Origin: Cellvibrionales bacterium
Lineage (GTDB): Bacteria; Pseudomonadota; Gammaproteobacteria; Pseudomonadales; JAHEIH01
Direction: 5' to 3'
Assembly: GCA_024639455.1 (NCBI GenBank)
Contig: JAHEIH010000026.1
Location: 31,279 to 95,278 of the forward strand
Length of the DNA: 64,000 nt
Shown: positions 34,307 through 43,432 of the stretch, one piece after another
Layout: every line of letters begins with the position of its first letter
Numbering within the stretch: position 1 is the stretch's first letter
The notes under the pieces: model-generated
Told to the model about the DNA's origin: nothing
The model's database searches: none
The model's input: the letters and a program-made list of their open reading frames with translations, nothing else
Translations under genes and position numbers: made by a program

Positions 34307-34732
34307 TTACAGTCCGTTGTGGGCCAACATATAATCAACGGTGACTTTAATGTCGTCATCTGAACACGACATGCAAAGACCCATAGCGGGCATCGCGTTG
34401 TAACCTTTGATGGCATTTTGATAAATAGTATCAACGCTGCGAGCAGCTAAGCGGGCAGACCATTCGGCTTTGTCATCAAATTTTGGCGCACCCGCCGCAC
34501 CCGTGGTGTGACATGCCATGCAGTTTGTGTTGTAAATCTCTTCACCACTCTTAGCTGCACCCGCTACCGCAGCAGAAGCCGTTGCACATGAGCTGTCGCC
34601 CTGAATACAAACACTACCTAGGGGTTTCAAACGCTCGGCAATCGCATCACGCTGTGCGTCTGATAGCGCTAATACCGAAAAGCTCGCAGAACAGATAGCT
34701 ACAAAAGCGAGAACTTTGGCAAACAATTTCAT
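34307..34732 (-). CDS. Cytochrome c5 family protein
   Basis: Signal peptide, ERLKPLGSVC, CMACH heme motif, GAAGAP, MPAMGLCMSCSDD. Confidence 0.9.
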   Translation of the reverse strand: MKLFAKVLAFVAICSASFSVLALSDAQRDAIAERLKPLGSVCIQGDSSCATASAAVAGAAKSGEEIYNTNCMACHTTGAAGAPKFDDKAEWSARLAARSVDTIYQNAIKGYNAMPAMGLCMSCSDDDIKVTVDYMLAHNGL

Positions 34733-35099
34733 CTCAGATACTCCGATAATCAACGTCGAGCGCCAGCATAGACGCCCTACAAAAAACTGCTACGCATTAT
34801 ACGGATAAATCTCCGCCACGCCTAGCCGCCATAAGCATATGCTTAATAATTACGACTATTGCGGTTAATTGGATGGGGGTTCTATTGAAAATGATGAATT
34901 AATCACCCCACTGACACGAATTTGATGGCATTTGCCCGCGCACGCAAAAATATTTTCGGTTAAACTAGGTGCGAAATTTAAGCAAGACCGATGCAAAGCA
35001 TCGCGGCTTGCCAACGCCGAGGCACGACGCCGAGGCCGGATCAGGTATCCCAGGGATGGATGCTTGAGACGTTATGGTTAGATTAATATGTCCCTTTAC

Positions 35100-35176
35100 G
35101 CACCCGTAGCTCAGTTGGATAGAGTGTTGGCCTCCGAAGCCAAAGGTCGCGCGTTCAAATCGCGCCGGGTGCGCCA
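35100..35176 (+). tRNA. tRNA-Arg (anticodon CCG)
   Basis: GCACCCG acceptor stem / CGGGTGC-G-CCA; D arm AGCTCAGTTGGATAGAG; anticodon arm TTGGC-CT CCG AA-GCCAA; T loop GTTCAAATC. Confidence 0.96.
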
Positions 35177-35299
35177 TCTCCATAAATGTCTCTGCATTTC
35201 TTATATTTGTAGCGCATTAAAGTTCACTTATACTCGTTTGTAGTCGTCAACACATCACGTACTCAAAATAATTTGTTACCTGCTTAGGATGCTCAACGC

Positions 35300-35665
35300 A
35301 TGAAAAAATTCATGGCGATGTTTACCGGTACTCAAACGGGTTCAAATGCTTCACGTTGGCAATCTATGCACCCTGAGGAACAACAACATCAAATGCTATT
35401 GGGTATGCAGGCATGGCAAGCATGGATGGAAACACACGCGGCTGCCATTCTCGATATAGGTGGGCCCTTAGGCAAAACGAAGTTAATCAATCACGACGGC
35501 ATTGTTGACACAAGTAATGCCCTAAGCGCCTACGTGATTGTTAGTGCAGCAGACCATGAGGCCGCCGCGGCCATGTTCATCGACCACCCCCATTTCCGCT
35601 ATTTTCCTGGCGATGGTGTTGAGGTCATGGAATGCATGCCTGTTCCTGGACAACCTCAAGAGTAA
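35300..35665 (+). CDS. YCII/DGPF-like dimeric alpha-beta barrel protein
   Basis: AWQAWM...GGPLGKT...YVIVSAADHEAAAAMFIDHPH. Confidence 0.65.
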   Translation: MKKFMAMFTGTQTGSNASRWQSMHPEEQQHQMLLGMQAWQAWMETHAAAILDIGGPLGKTKLINHDGIVDTSNALSAYVIVSAADHEAAAAMFIDHPHFRYFPGDGVEVMECMPVPGQPQE

Positions 35666-35676
35666 GCGGCTGACGC

Positions 35677-36102
35677 CTAATTATCGAAGCAAGGCCAGGC
35701 AGCTCGGCTGGCAGCACGCTTTTGTGACAACGCCAACCCTATGGCGGCGAGGCTGACAACAACCCCAAAAAGGTTGTTGAGTAATGCCCACCAAAACACC
35801 AACATATTGGCATAACTGCTCAGCTCTCCTTTCAACCATCGCGCGATGTGAGGCCAAATACCGCCAAGCATCAAAAGGATCGTCATAAATACCATAGCGA
35901 GTGCAAAGGTCATATAGTGTTGGCGATGACCCAACCAGATCACTAGCCACATTATTTGCAGTAAAAGAAGGCTACTGAAGATCTTTCCATTGGTAATGAA
36001 GTCCATTCCAAAGCCATATTTAGCGAGTAGCCAACACAAATTGAAGGCTATTGCCAACAACACATACAGGATCAATCCCTGCAGACTATGCCTAAATGTC
36101 AT
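35677..36102 (-). CDS. Hypothetical membrane protein (about 4 TM)
   Basis: Hydrophobic ORF starting 2 bp after the amidohydrolase stop. Confidence 0.6.
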   Translation of the reverse strand: MTFRHSLQGLILYVLLAIAFNLCWLLAKYGFGMDFITNGKIFSSLLLLQIMWLVIWLGHRQHYMTFALAMVFMTILLMLGGIWPHIARWLKGELSSYANMLVFWWALLNNLFGVVVSLAAIGLALSQKRAASRAAWPCFDN

Positions 36103-36104
36103 GA

Positions 36105-37736
36105 TTACTTCCCTGCTGCTTCGCGGGCCTTTTGAGCGGCCACCATGTTTTTTACCTGTTCTCGAAGCATAACTGCATCAAACATTTGGCCATTCTTAAT
36201 GGTGTATTCAACCCCCTTTGTGCGCTCAAACTTACCGGTTTGTCGATTGAGAATTTCATGGCCGGTACCGTAAAGCACTTTAAAATTGTGCAGTGGGTTT
36301 TCATTCACGATGACCATGTCTGCTTTTTTTCCAATGTGCACAGTGCCAATATCGTTTGCTAACCCCAACAATTCAGCTCCATTTAAGGTAGCTGCCTTAA
36401 TCACTTCGAGTGGATGGAAGCCAGCCTCTAGAAACATCTCTAACTCACGCACATAACCAAAGCCGTAAACGCCATAAATAAACCCAGTATCTGATCCTAC
36501 TGTGACGCGACCACCGGCATTTTTATAGTCATTCACAAACCGCATCCACAGCTGATAATTTTCATGCCACTCAGCCTCATTACTGCTGGTCCAGTCGTAA
36601 TGATACGAACCATGCACAAGAGGATTAGGTTTAAAGGCCCGCATCATGTAGGGCATGGTGAATTCATCTAGCCATTCAGCGCGGCTTACGCGCATAAAGT
36701 CTCGATTGGCCTCATAAATGCTAAAAGTAGGATCCAATGTGAAATCTAAGCCAATCAGTTCATTTATAGTTTGCTGCCAAATCGCCGATCCCGGGGCGGC
36801 TGTTTGTGCCCACAGTCGGCCCGCCTCTGAAAAGCGGTCTTGCTCATCGTTGTAGTTGTAGTCGTGCCGATAATTTTGGACGGTTTGCTTTTCAAACATT
36901 GCCTCGGGCAAGCCATACCAATGCTCCATACTATTCAGCCCTAAGCGGGCTGAATCAATCACGTTCATTCGGGTCACGGTCGCCTGAGAATGGTGATACA
37001 TGGTTTTCATCCCAAGACGTTTTGCCTCCGCAATGGCGGCCTCAATGGCTTCGGGTGCAGCACCAAGAAACTTAATGCCATCTGCGCCCTGCTTTTTAAC
37101 GGCACGTACCCATTGCCTGGCTTTATCGGCTTGGCTTATAGCTTCGGGAAATAAGGCATGTGCCACAATGCGTGGCGCAGCAATTTTACCCTGTTCACTC
37201 AATTGCTTATGTTTTAAGGTCCAGCCTAACCCCATCAACGAGCCGGGCTCCCGTATAGTAGTGATTCCATGGGCTAACCACAGTTTGGTGACGTATTCAG
37301 GATCGGTAAGTGCACCACCAAACACATGACTCGGGGTGCCAAAATGTGCATGAGAATTTATCAAGCCCGGCATCACATATTTACCGGTGGCATCGATAAC
37401 GCGCGTTTTTTCATCGCTATGGATATTACCCATTGCCAACGAGCCGGTTCCGCCACCAATAATATTCGTAATTCGATCACCTTCTACCACAATGGTCACA
37501 GGGCCTTGTAATGGCCCACCTGTACCATCGATAAGATTGGCATTTTTAATCACGAGACGCTCATAGGGTCCACTGGCTTCTTCCCCCAAGGCGCCGGCAA
37601 CGCTCGGCGGTGCCACCCCCATCGCTAATATTGTATTAATAACCTCTTCGCCAGGTTCTCCGCCAACCGCCGTAATAGCAAAAAGCTTGGCTGACATGAG
37701 TAGGCAAGCTAATGGCATTAATCGCTTCATTTTCAC
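36105..37736 (-). CDS. Exported amidohydrolase family protein
   Basis: Signal peptide; IDATGKYVMPGLINSHAH, GITTIREPG, GSDTG, ATLNGAELLG, GKKADMVIV. Confidence 0.85.
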   Translation of the reverse strand: MKMKRLMPLACLLMSAKLFAITAVGGEPGEEVINTILAMGVAPPSVAGALGEEASGPYERLVIKNANLIDGTGGPLQGPVTIVVEGDRITNIIGGGTGSLAMGNIHSDEKTRVIDATGKYVMPGLINSHAHFGTPSHVFGGALTDPEYVTKLWLAHGITTIREPGSLMGLGWTLKHKQLSEQGKIAAPRIVAHALFPEAISQADKARQWVRAVKKQGADGIKFLGAAPEAIEAAIAEAKRLGMKTMYHHSQATVTRMNVIDSARLGLNSMEHWYGLPEAMFEKQTVQNYRHDYNYNDEQDRFSEAGRLWAQTAAPGSAIWQQTINELIGLDFTLDPTFSIYEANRDFMRVSRAEWLDEFTMPYMMRAFKPNPLVHGSYHYDWTSSNEAEWHENYQLWMRFVNDYKNAGGRVTVGSDTGFIYGVYGFGYVRELEMFLEAGFHPLEVIKAATLNGAELLGLANDIGTVHIGKKADMVIVNENPLHNFKVLYGTGHEILNRQTGKFERTKGVEYTIKNGQMFDAVMLREQVKNMVAAQKAREAAGK

Positions 37737-37748
37737 CTCGAAAAGTCG

Positions 37749-39026
37749 TTATTGTGAGAGCGTGGTTAAAATCATTTCTGGGGTAATGTCACCGTTTAAA
37801 ATTCGGTGTAACGTCTCCCATGTTCCATCTGTAGACGTGTGCTGCACGTATTGCTCAACCACGTCTAATCCGAAGTTGTAACAGATGACATAGGTGCGAT
37901 ACGCCTCAATAAAATCGAGCCGCTGTGACGCCGTACCTCGCGTTTCAAGCCCATACGTCATAAGCCATTGGATGGTGTCTTCTCGGCTTACGCCGCCATA
38001 CAAATACATTCTTGCGGCTTCGTTGCGAGCATAATTCAGGTCCCGCTGTAGCTTAAGGTAATGTTGGTAGGTGGTGTAATCAATGTCTGCAATTCCCGCC
38101 AGCGGCAGCAATACTTCGCGCTCGTAAACGTCACGCTCATCAGCGGGAAAAGCCACATCAACCCCAAAGTTGGCGACGCCTTCCGTCACGATAGCAAAGG
38201 GGCCATAAAGCGGAAAATAATTGTACTCTTGCCAACCCCGGGACTTAGAAATATTAGATTCAACGAGTGTGCCATTAGTGTGGTGACCAGGATAAGCTTC
38301 GTGACAACCCAACTCAATGGCTCGTTCAATATGAACTGGCACATCGCTATTAATTAAAATTTGGCTACGACTGTCACCTAAGAACTGGGTAAATCCGACG
38401 AAGGGCTTATCTTGGACAATGATAAGCTGCAAGTTTTCATCGGCGGGCATTTCGATGTTAGCTTTGGTGCGTCTCCGACATTCCTGCAGGGCGGTATTCA
38501 TTACTACAGGTAGTTTTTCTACTGGAATAACGAACTGATCTCGGAAGGCTTCCATTCGCTCGTGCAGGGGGGCTTCGCCTGGAATCAATTGATCTAACTC
38601 AGCGATCAGCGCCTTAAAATGCGCCTCAGACCGCGAAGGCACGACCACGCCAAACATAAGGCGTGTTTCTTCATCAAAGCTTTTAGGTATATTGCCTTGA
38701 AGTATTTGTGCACGCGTTTTAGTAGCCAACAACCGGGCTTCTAATGATCGCTGCCGGCCATTTTGATCACTCGATATGGCACGTAACTCAGCGAGTAATT
38801 CAGCCGCATTATTTTCAATGACAGACAGTGTTATGGGGGATGTTTTAGCGGTCGCTAGGTGCTGCTTGTTTCCAATAAATACAAAGGGATTCGTATCGTG
38901 TTGAGTCAGTTGCAACGCTAGGGTTAGATACTCATCTGCCACCTTGTCTAATGCAGATGGCGCTGTCGCAGCGACCACGACTGAAGAATTGACGAGTAAC
39001 ACCCAAAAAACACATAACCACTTCAT
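37749..39026 (-). CDS. Exported DUF885-like zinc metallopeptidase
   Basis: Signal peptide; HEAYPGHH motif with a downstream TEG and YVICYNFG. Confidence 0.65.
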   Translation of the reverse strand: MKWLCVFWVLLVNSSVVVAATAPSALDKVADEYLTLALQLTQHDTNPFVFIGNKQHLATAKTSPITLSVIENNAAELLAELRAISSDQNGRQRSLEARLLATKTRAQILQGNIPKSFDEETRLMFGVVVPSRSEAHFKALIAELDQLIPGEAPLHERMEAFRDQFVIPVEKLPVVMNTALQECRRRTKANIEMPADENLQLIIVQDKPFVGFTQFLGDSRSQILINSDVPVHIERAIELGCHEAYPGHHTNGTLVESNISKSRGWQEYNYFPLYGPFAIVTEGVANFGVDVAFPADERDVYEREVLLPLAGIADIDYTTYQHYLKLQRDLNYARNEAARMYLYGGVSREDTIQWLMTYGLETRGTASQRLDFIEAYRTYVICYNFGLDVVEQYVQHTSTDGTWETLHRILNGDITPEMILTTLSQ

Positions 39027-39086
39027 AAACGCGACTCATAGGATTTATTTTTATCCTAGCAATCTCTCGTTTGATTCATTTAACAC

Positions 39087-39117
39087 TTCACGACATTTGA
39101 CCTATCATTTCACGACA
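39087..39117 (-). promoter_or_regulatory. AraC-type direct repeat (TGTCGTGAA x2, 22-bp period)
   Basis: TTCACGACA at 39087 and 39109. Confidence 0.55.
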
Positions 39118-39170
39118 ACTTCAACTACATTCTTCAAGCAAAAACTAAATTCGCGTAGACGGGAATAACC

Positions 39171-40220
39171 ATGGATAGCCCTTTAAAACACTACGATAGA
39201 AACGCCCCTTTGCGCATGTCTGCGGATATTTTGTTGGGTACTCTTGAAGCGGCTGCGGGTATAGGCATTGACGTCAGCGCATCACTTGAAAAAAGCGGTA
39301 TCGACCGGCGCTTGTTGCACCCTTGTGATACTTTTATACCCATCCATAGCATCGTAGACTTCTTTAACGACGTGGCAGAACATGCTCACTGCGACTACTT
39401 TGGGTTTCTTGTCGCCTGTGAACAACCGCCTAGTCGTTATTCGCACATAGGACGGGTCATCAAGTTCGCGAGCACCATCGGACAGGCCATCAACGATGCC
39501 ATATCGCTATCGCTACTCAATAGCGAATTTTCGAGGTGGGAGCTGGTCAATGAAGGGGAATACACCGCGTTAATCCGACGTACGCGGGTGGCATTAAATG
39601 TACCAATGACACAATTACAAACCTTGGCCATTACGTCTGTGTACAAGTCAATTAATAGCCTTTCCCAAAATAAATTTGAGCTGCACCAAGTACATTTTTC
39701 GCATGCACCTACCGACTATCGACGCAAAATGGAGGAGTATTTCCATGCGCCGGTCAGTTTTAATCAAAACTATAATGGCTTAGTTTTTCATAGCAAAGCC
39801 TTGGATACACCCATTCCTACCGCAGATCCTGAGCTTTACCAATTTCTGCTTAAACAACTGTCGGCGCTCGTTGCCACGCGCCCGCAACAAAATAATTTGT
39901 TGGCTACCGTGACCCACCATATCCAATCGACGTTAGGTACCACAAAATGCAATTTCGACTACATAAGTCAATTGCTTGGTATGCACCCTCGCAAGCTGCA
40001 GCGTCGAATGAGGGCAGAAGGTATCCATTTTAAACAACTGTTAAATGATGTTCGCCAACGAACCGCAGAAGACTTTTTGATCAATTCATCGGCCAGTATT
40101 TTGGAACTCTCTGACCTGCTTGGTTATCAAAATGCCAGTGCATTTTCGCGTGCGTTTAAACGTGCGACTGGCCTTCCTCCCGCTGTGTGGCAGCAACAAT
40201 ATCGAGCCGATACTCATTAA
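39171..40220 (+). CDS. AraC family transcriptional regulator (OruR/arabinose-binding-like N-domain)
   Basis: LGMHPRKLQRR, LLGYQNASAFSRAFKRATGLPP. Confidence 0.9.
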   Translation: MDSPLKHYDRNAPLRMSADILLGTLEAAAGIGIDVSASLEKSGIDRRLLHPCDTFIPIHSIVDFFNDVAEHAHCDYFGFLVACEQPPSRYSHIGRVIKFASTIGQAINDAISLSLLNSEFSRWELVNEGEYTALIRRTRVALNVPMTQLQTLAITSVYKSINSLSQNKFELHQVHFSHAPTDYRRKMEEYFHAPVSFNQNYNGLVFHSKALDTPIPTADPELYQFLLKQLSALVATRPQQNNLLATVTHHIQSTLGTTKCNFDYISQLLGMHPRKLQRRMRAEGIHFKQLLNDVRQRTAEDFLINSSASILELSDLLGYQNASAFSRAFKRATGLPPAVWQQQYRADTH

Positions 40221-40246
40221 CACTGGCAAGAATAGACTCCACCAGA

Positions 40247-40279
40247 GTCGCCAAATGGTAATTGGCGCGTCGCCAAATG
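40247..40279 (+). promoter_or_regulatory. AraC-type direct repeat (GTCGCCAAATG x2, 22-bp period)
   Basis: GTCGCCAAATG at 40247 and 40269, upstream of the TonB receptor. Confidence 0.6.
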
Positions 40280-40387
40280 ATAAGAACATGTCATTGCTAC
40301 GTTTTATATTGAATTCATATATCGCTTTAACTGTTTTCTGCAGCGCGATAAGTAACTAACAATAATCACAACACTGAGGTAGTCCCC

Positions 40388-42619
40388 ATGTTGACTCTCA
40401 AACCTACTAAAAAGACATTTTTGGCAACTGCCATAGCACTAATCTCACTCGATGCGACTGCACAAGTACTCGAAGAAGTGGTTGTGACCGCACAACACCG
40501 TGAAGAAAATCTGCAAGATGTACCCATTGCCATCACTGCCATAGGCGCAGAAGAACTTCGCGCGGCCGACCTCAGTGATGTCAATGCTATCTCTACACGC
40601 ACGCCAGGTTTTAGTATGGGTACGTTTACACCTGCGCAGCCACAATTGTTTATTCGTGGTATCGGTTCAAACGCTGATGGTGCCTCTGAAGACCAGTCAG
40701 TGGTGATGTTTGTCGATGGCGTCTATGTCGGTCGAACCGCAGGCCAAGCCTTCGATTTGTTTGATCTTGAACGGGTTGAAGTATTGCGAGGACCGCAGGG
40801 AACGCTTTACGGGAAAAACGCCGCGGGGGGTGCGATTAACATTGTGACGCAAAAACCCTCGCAGGAATTTTCTGCGGCGTTGGAGCTGTCTGCCGGTGAT
40901 CTTGGTTATAAGTCGACCCGTGGCAAAATCAATGGCGCACTGTCAGATACGGTCTCTGGCAAGATCTCCTACAGCTATAAAGAGCGCGACGGCTATGTAA
41001 AAAGTATTGTTGCCGATCTCGATAACTTTAATGCCTTTGAAAGCAAAGGCGTTCGCGCACAGCTGCTGGGCCAGCCCTCCGATACGATGGAGTGGCTATT
41101 CAGTATTGACTACTCAGACGACCAGCGCGTCGCCCCGGGTCGAAATGTTGGCACTGAATTACTACAGGGCCAAATTGTCGCGGGCAGTGGTTTAAAACCA
41201 GGATTTTATGAAAACCTACACACCAAAGAACCCTACTCCGATGTGCAATCCAAAGGCGCCTCATTGCAACTCGACTGGGATCTTGAGGGTGGTCATCTAA
41301 CATCAATCACTGCTTATCGTAGCGCCGATGCCAATGTCATCGACCTGTCGTTTGGCGGGGCGGTGGAGTACATTCAACTCGCATCTATGGATAACGGTGT
41401 CGATGAAAGCAGTAAACAATTTAGCCAAGAAATTCGCTATGCCATGGATGTTTCAGATGCGTTATTTGTGCAATCTGGTGTGTTCTTCCTCAACGAACAA
41501 GTTGATCGCTTTGAGTACAATGACATCTCTTGTAACGCCGTTTGTGTTCCCGTAGTGAGCGCCCAGCTAGCTGCCGCTGGTGTAGCAGCCGACATGATCC
41601 CCGCGCTGTTGCCAAACTATTTACCACTGCCTCTCTACGCGAGCACGACCCAATATAACGAGACAAAAAGTTACGGTATTTTTAGCCAGGCAACCTGGTC
41701 CATTAATGATCGCACCGATTTAACCGTGGGTGCTCGCTATACCAGCGAGAAGAAAGACGCGACCAACGTCGGTGTACCTGATTATGGGTTTGTGGTACTG
41801 CAACCCTTCGATATTGCTGTCAACAACACGTGGAATGCCTTTACACCCAAAGTGGCCATCAATTACAGCTTGAGTGACGACCTGATGTCTTATGCCTCGG
41901 TATCTACTGGCTTCAAGAGCGGTGGCTATCAAGGTATGGCCAGTACACTAGCCGCTGCCACGACACCGTTCAATGAAGAGCAAGTCATCAACTACGAAGC
42001 GGGCATTAAAGGCACACTGCTAGACGGATCGATGCGCTTTAATGCGGCGGCTTTCCGTTCAAATTACGATGATTTACAGGTACTTGTGCAAACCGTTGTA
42101 AATGGTGGCCCAGGTCCGATTATCACCCAAAATGCCGGTGAAGCAAAAATTCAAGGTGTGGAATTTGAAACCCAGTGGCAGGTGACTGATCACCTACAAC
42201 TGGCCGGTACCTACGCCTATTTAGACACTGAATACACCCGTTTAGAGGGCGATTTGGCGCCATTTACAGGTAACAAACTTCGCAATGCGCCTGAAAATGC
42301 CTATTCGATGAGTATCATTTTTGACTATCCCGTTGCTCATGGTGCGATCAATGCCCGGGCTGATTTCACACACAAAGACGAAGCCTTCCAAGATGTGCAA
42401 AATCGCGAAGAATCTAAAATGACAGCCTACGATTTGTTAAATCTTCGAGCCGCGTATACTTCAGAGAGTGGCTGGGAATTGGCCGCGTGGGTGAAAAATG
42501 CCACCGACAAACAATACATGCTGCACAACTTCACGCTAAACCCAGGTTTATCGCAGGGTATTACACCTGCAGCTCCACGCACCGTTGGCTTAACCGCCAC
42601 GATGTTTTTTGGCGAGTAA
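40388..42619 (+). CDS. TonB-dependent receptor
   Basis: LEEVVVTAQHREENLQDVP, DLERVEVLRGPQGTLYGKN, GFKSGG, NYEAGIKG, PRTVG. Confidence 0.92.
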   Translation: MLTLKPTKKTFLATAIALISLDATAQVLEEVVVTAQHREENLQDVPIAITAIGAEELRAADLSDVNAISTRTPGFSMGTFTPAQPQLFIRGIGSNADGASEDQSVVMFVDGVYVGRTAGQAFDLFDLERVEVLRGPQGTLYGKNAAGGAINIVTQKPSQEFSAALELSAGDLGYKSTRGKINGALSDTVSGKISYSYKERDGYVKSIVADLDNFNAFESKGVRAQLLGQPSDTMEWLFSIDYSDDQRVAPGRNVGTELLQGQIVAGSGLKPGFYENLHTKEPYSDVQSKGASLQLDWDLEGGHLTSITAYRSADANVIDLSFGGAVEYIQLASMDNGVDESSKQFSQEIRYAMDVSDALFVQSGVFFLNEQVDRFEYNDISCNAVCVPVVSAQLAAAGVAADMIPALLPNYLPLPLYASTTQYNETKSYGIFSQATWSINDRTDLTVGARYTSEKKDATNVGVPDYGFVVLQPFDIAVNNTWNAFTPKVAINYSLSDDLMSYASVSTGFKSGGYQGMASTLAAATTPFNEEQVINYEAGIKGTLLDGSMRFNAAAFRSNYDDLQVLVQTVVNGGPGPIITQNAGEAKIQGVEFETQWQVTDHLQLAGTYAYLDTEYTRLEGDLAPFTGNKLRNAPENAYSMSIIFDYPVAHGAINARADFTHKDEAFQDVQNREESKMTAYDLLNLRAAYTSESGWELAAWVKNATDKQYMLHNFTLNPGLSQGITPAAPRTVGLTATMFFGE

Positions 42620-42654
42620 TCCCCTTCTCGCCATTCATTGAAAACAGCAACGTT

Positions 42655-42680
42655 TAGCCACATTTATGTGGCTTTTTTTT
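42655..42680 (+). terminator. Rho-independent terminator after the TonB receptor
   Basis: AGCCACAT tt ATGTGGCT TTTTTTT. Confidence 0.75.
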
Positions 42681-42683
42681 GCC

Positions 42684-43100
42684 CTAGCAATCCACAATAT
42701 TTACCGGCACCTCAAGCACGTTCATGGCCAATCCACCTCGCGCCGTTTCCTTGTATTTGTTGTGCATATCCCAGCCTGTATCGCGCATGGTTTTTATGAC
42801 CTTATCGAGCGAGACAAAATGCTGACCGTCGCCACGCATGGCCATCCGCGCAGCTGAAATGGCTTTCATGGCTGCCATTGCGTTGCGCTCAATACAGGGC
42901 ACCGTGCTTTCTCCGCGTGTTTCATCGGGGCGCGCTGGTACATACCAACCCTTAATTACTTCCTCTAAGAAGCCATTACGAACAAGACGTTCTCTGTGAG
43001 TGCGCGAAAGATCGGCAGAACGTATGGCAATAGAGCCGTTCTTTTGAAGGTCGTGAAGAGCCTCTAAGGCATCAGCCAGCTTTTCGGAGGGGGTCGACAT
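42684..43100 (-). pseudogene. Chimeric ORF: N-terminus of a Fic-family protein fused in frame to the C-terminus of L-serine ammonia-lyase (SdaA)
   Basis: aa 1-66 (MSTPSEKLA...[21 protein letters not shown]...GEST) resemble the N-terminus of long Fic proteins; aa 67-138 (VPCIERNAM...[25 protein letters not shown]) are the SdaA C-terminus; junction at 42902/42903. Confidence 0.8.
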
Positions 43101-43110
43101 GGTAGCTCTA

Positions 43111-43195
43111 CTCGCTTTTTACGCGTATCAAATTCTCCCTTATTAAGTTGCATCATTATTCGCTTATTACGTCTAACCAAAATTCGCTTATTACG
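43111..43195. repeat. Four 13-bp direct repeats at an exact 24-bp period
   Basis: CTCGCTTTTTACG (43111), CTCCCTTATTAAG (43135), TTCGCTTATTACG (43159), TTCGCTTATTACG (43183). Confidence 0.8.
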
Positions 43196-43368
43196 CTTCA
43201 CCTTAGCAATCCGATATCATTTTAAGGGATTAAACCATCAAGATCGTGGATAACCAGACGGCGCAATTACGGACCATAGTTTCAAAATTTTAAAGCGCTG
43301 CAAAGCTAATAAAACCCGTGAATCAAGGCTTTAATAGCTCCTGAGGTAAGAAGAGAAGCTCGGCAGGT

Positions 43369-43418
43369 GGCAAATAACTGCGCCTGCGTTATTTGCACTT
43401 CCGCCATCCATGGCGGTC
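43369..43418 (-). repeat. REP-like double-hairpin element, same family as the 17-kb elements
   Basis: Minus strand GACCGCCATGGATGGCGGAAGTGCAAATAACGCAGGCGCAGTTATTTGCC. Confidence 0.75.
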
Positions 43419-43432
43419 GCGCCTGTCCCATA

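Noticed and set aside
34965-35183. 72-aa minus-strand ORF (MAHPARFERATFGFGG...)
   Set aside because: Antisense translation of tRNA-Arg.
43111-43195. Possible mini-CRISPR
   Set aside because: 13-bp repeats with 11-bp spacers are far below CRISPR dimensions.
35177-43432. Intact integrative element or prophage at tRNA-Arg
   Set aside because: No integrase, phage gene or duplicated tRNA 3' end was found by eye; only an accessory block with a deletion scar is supported.
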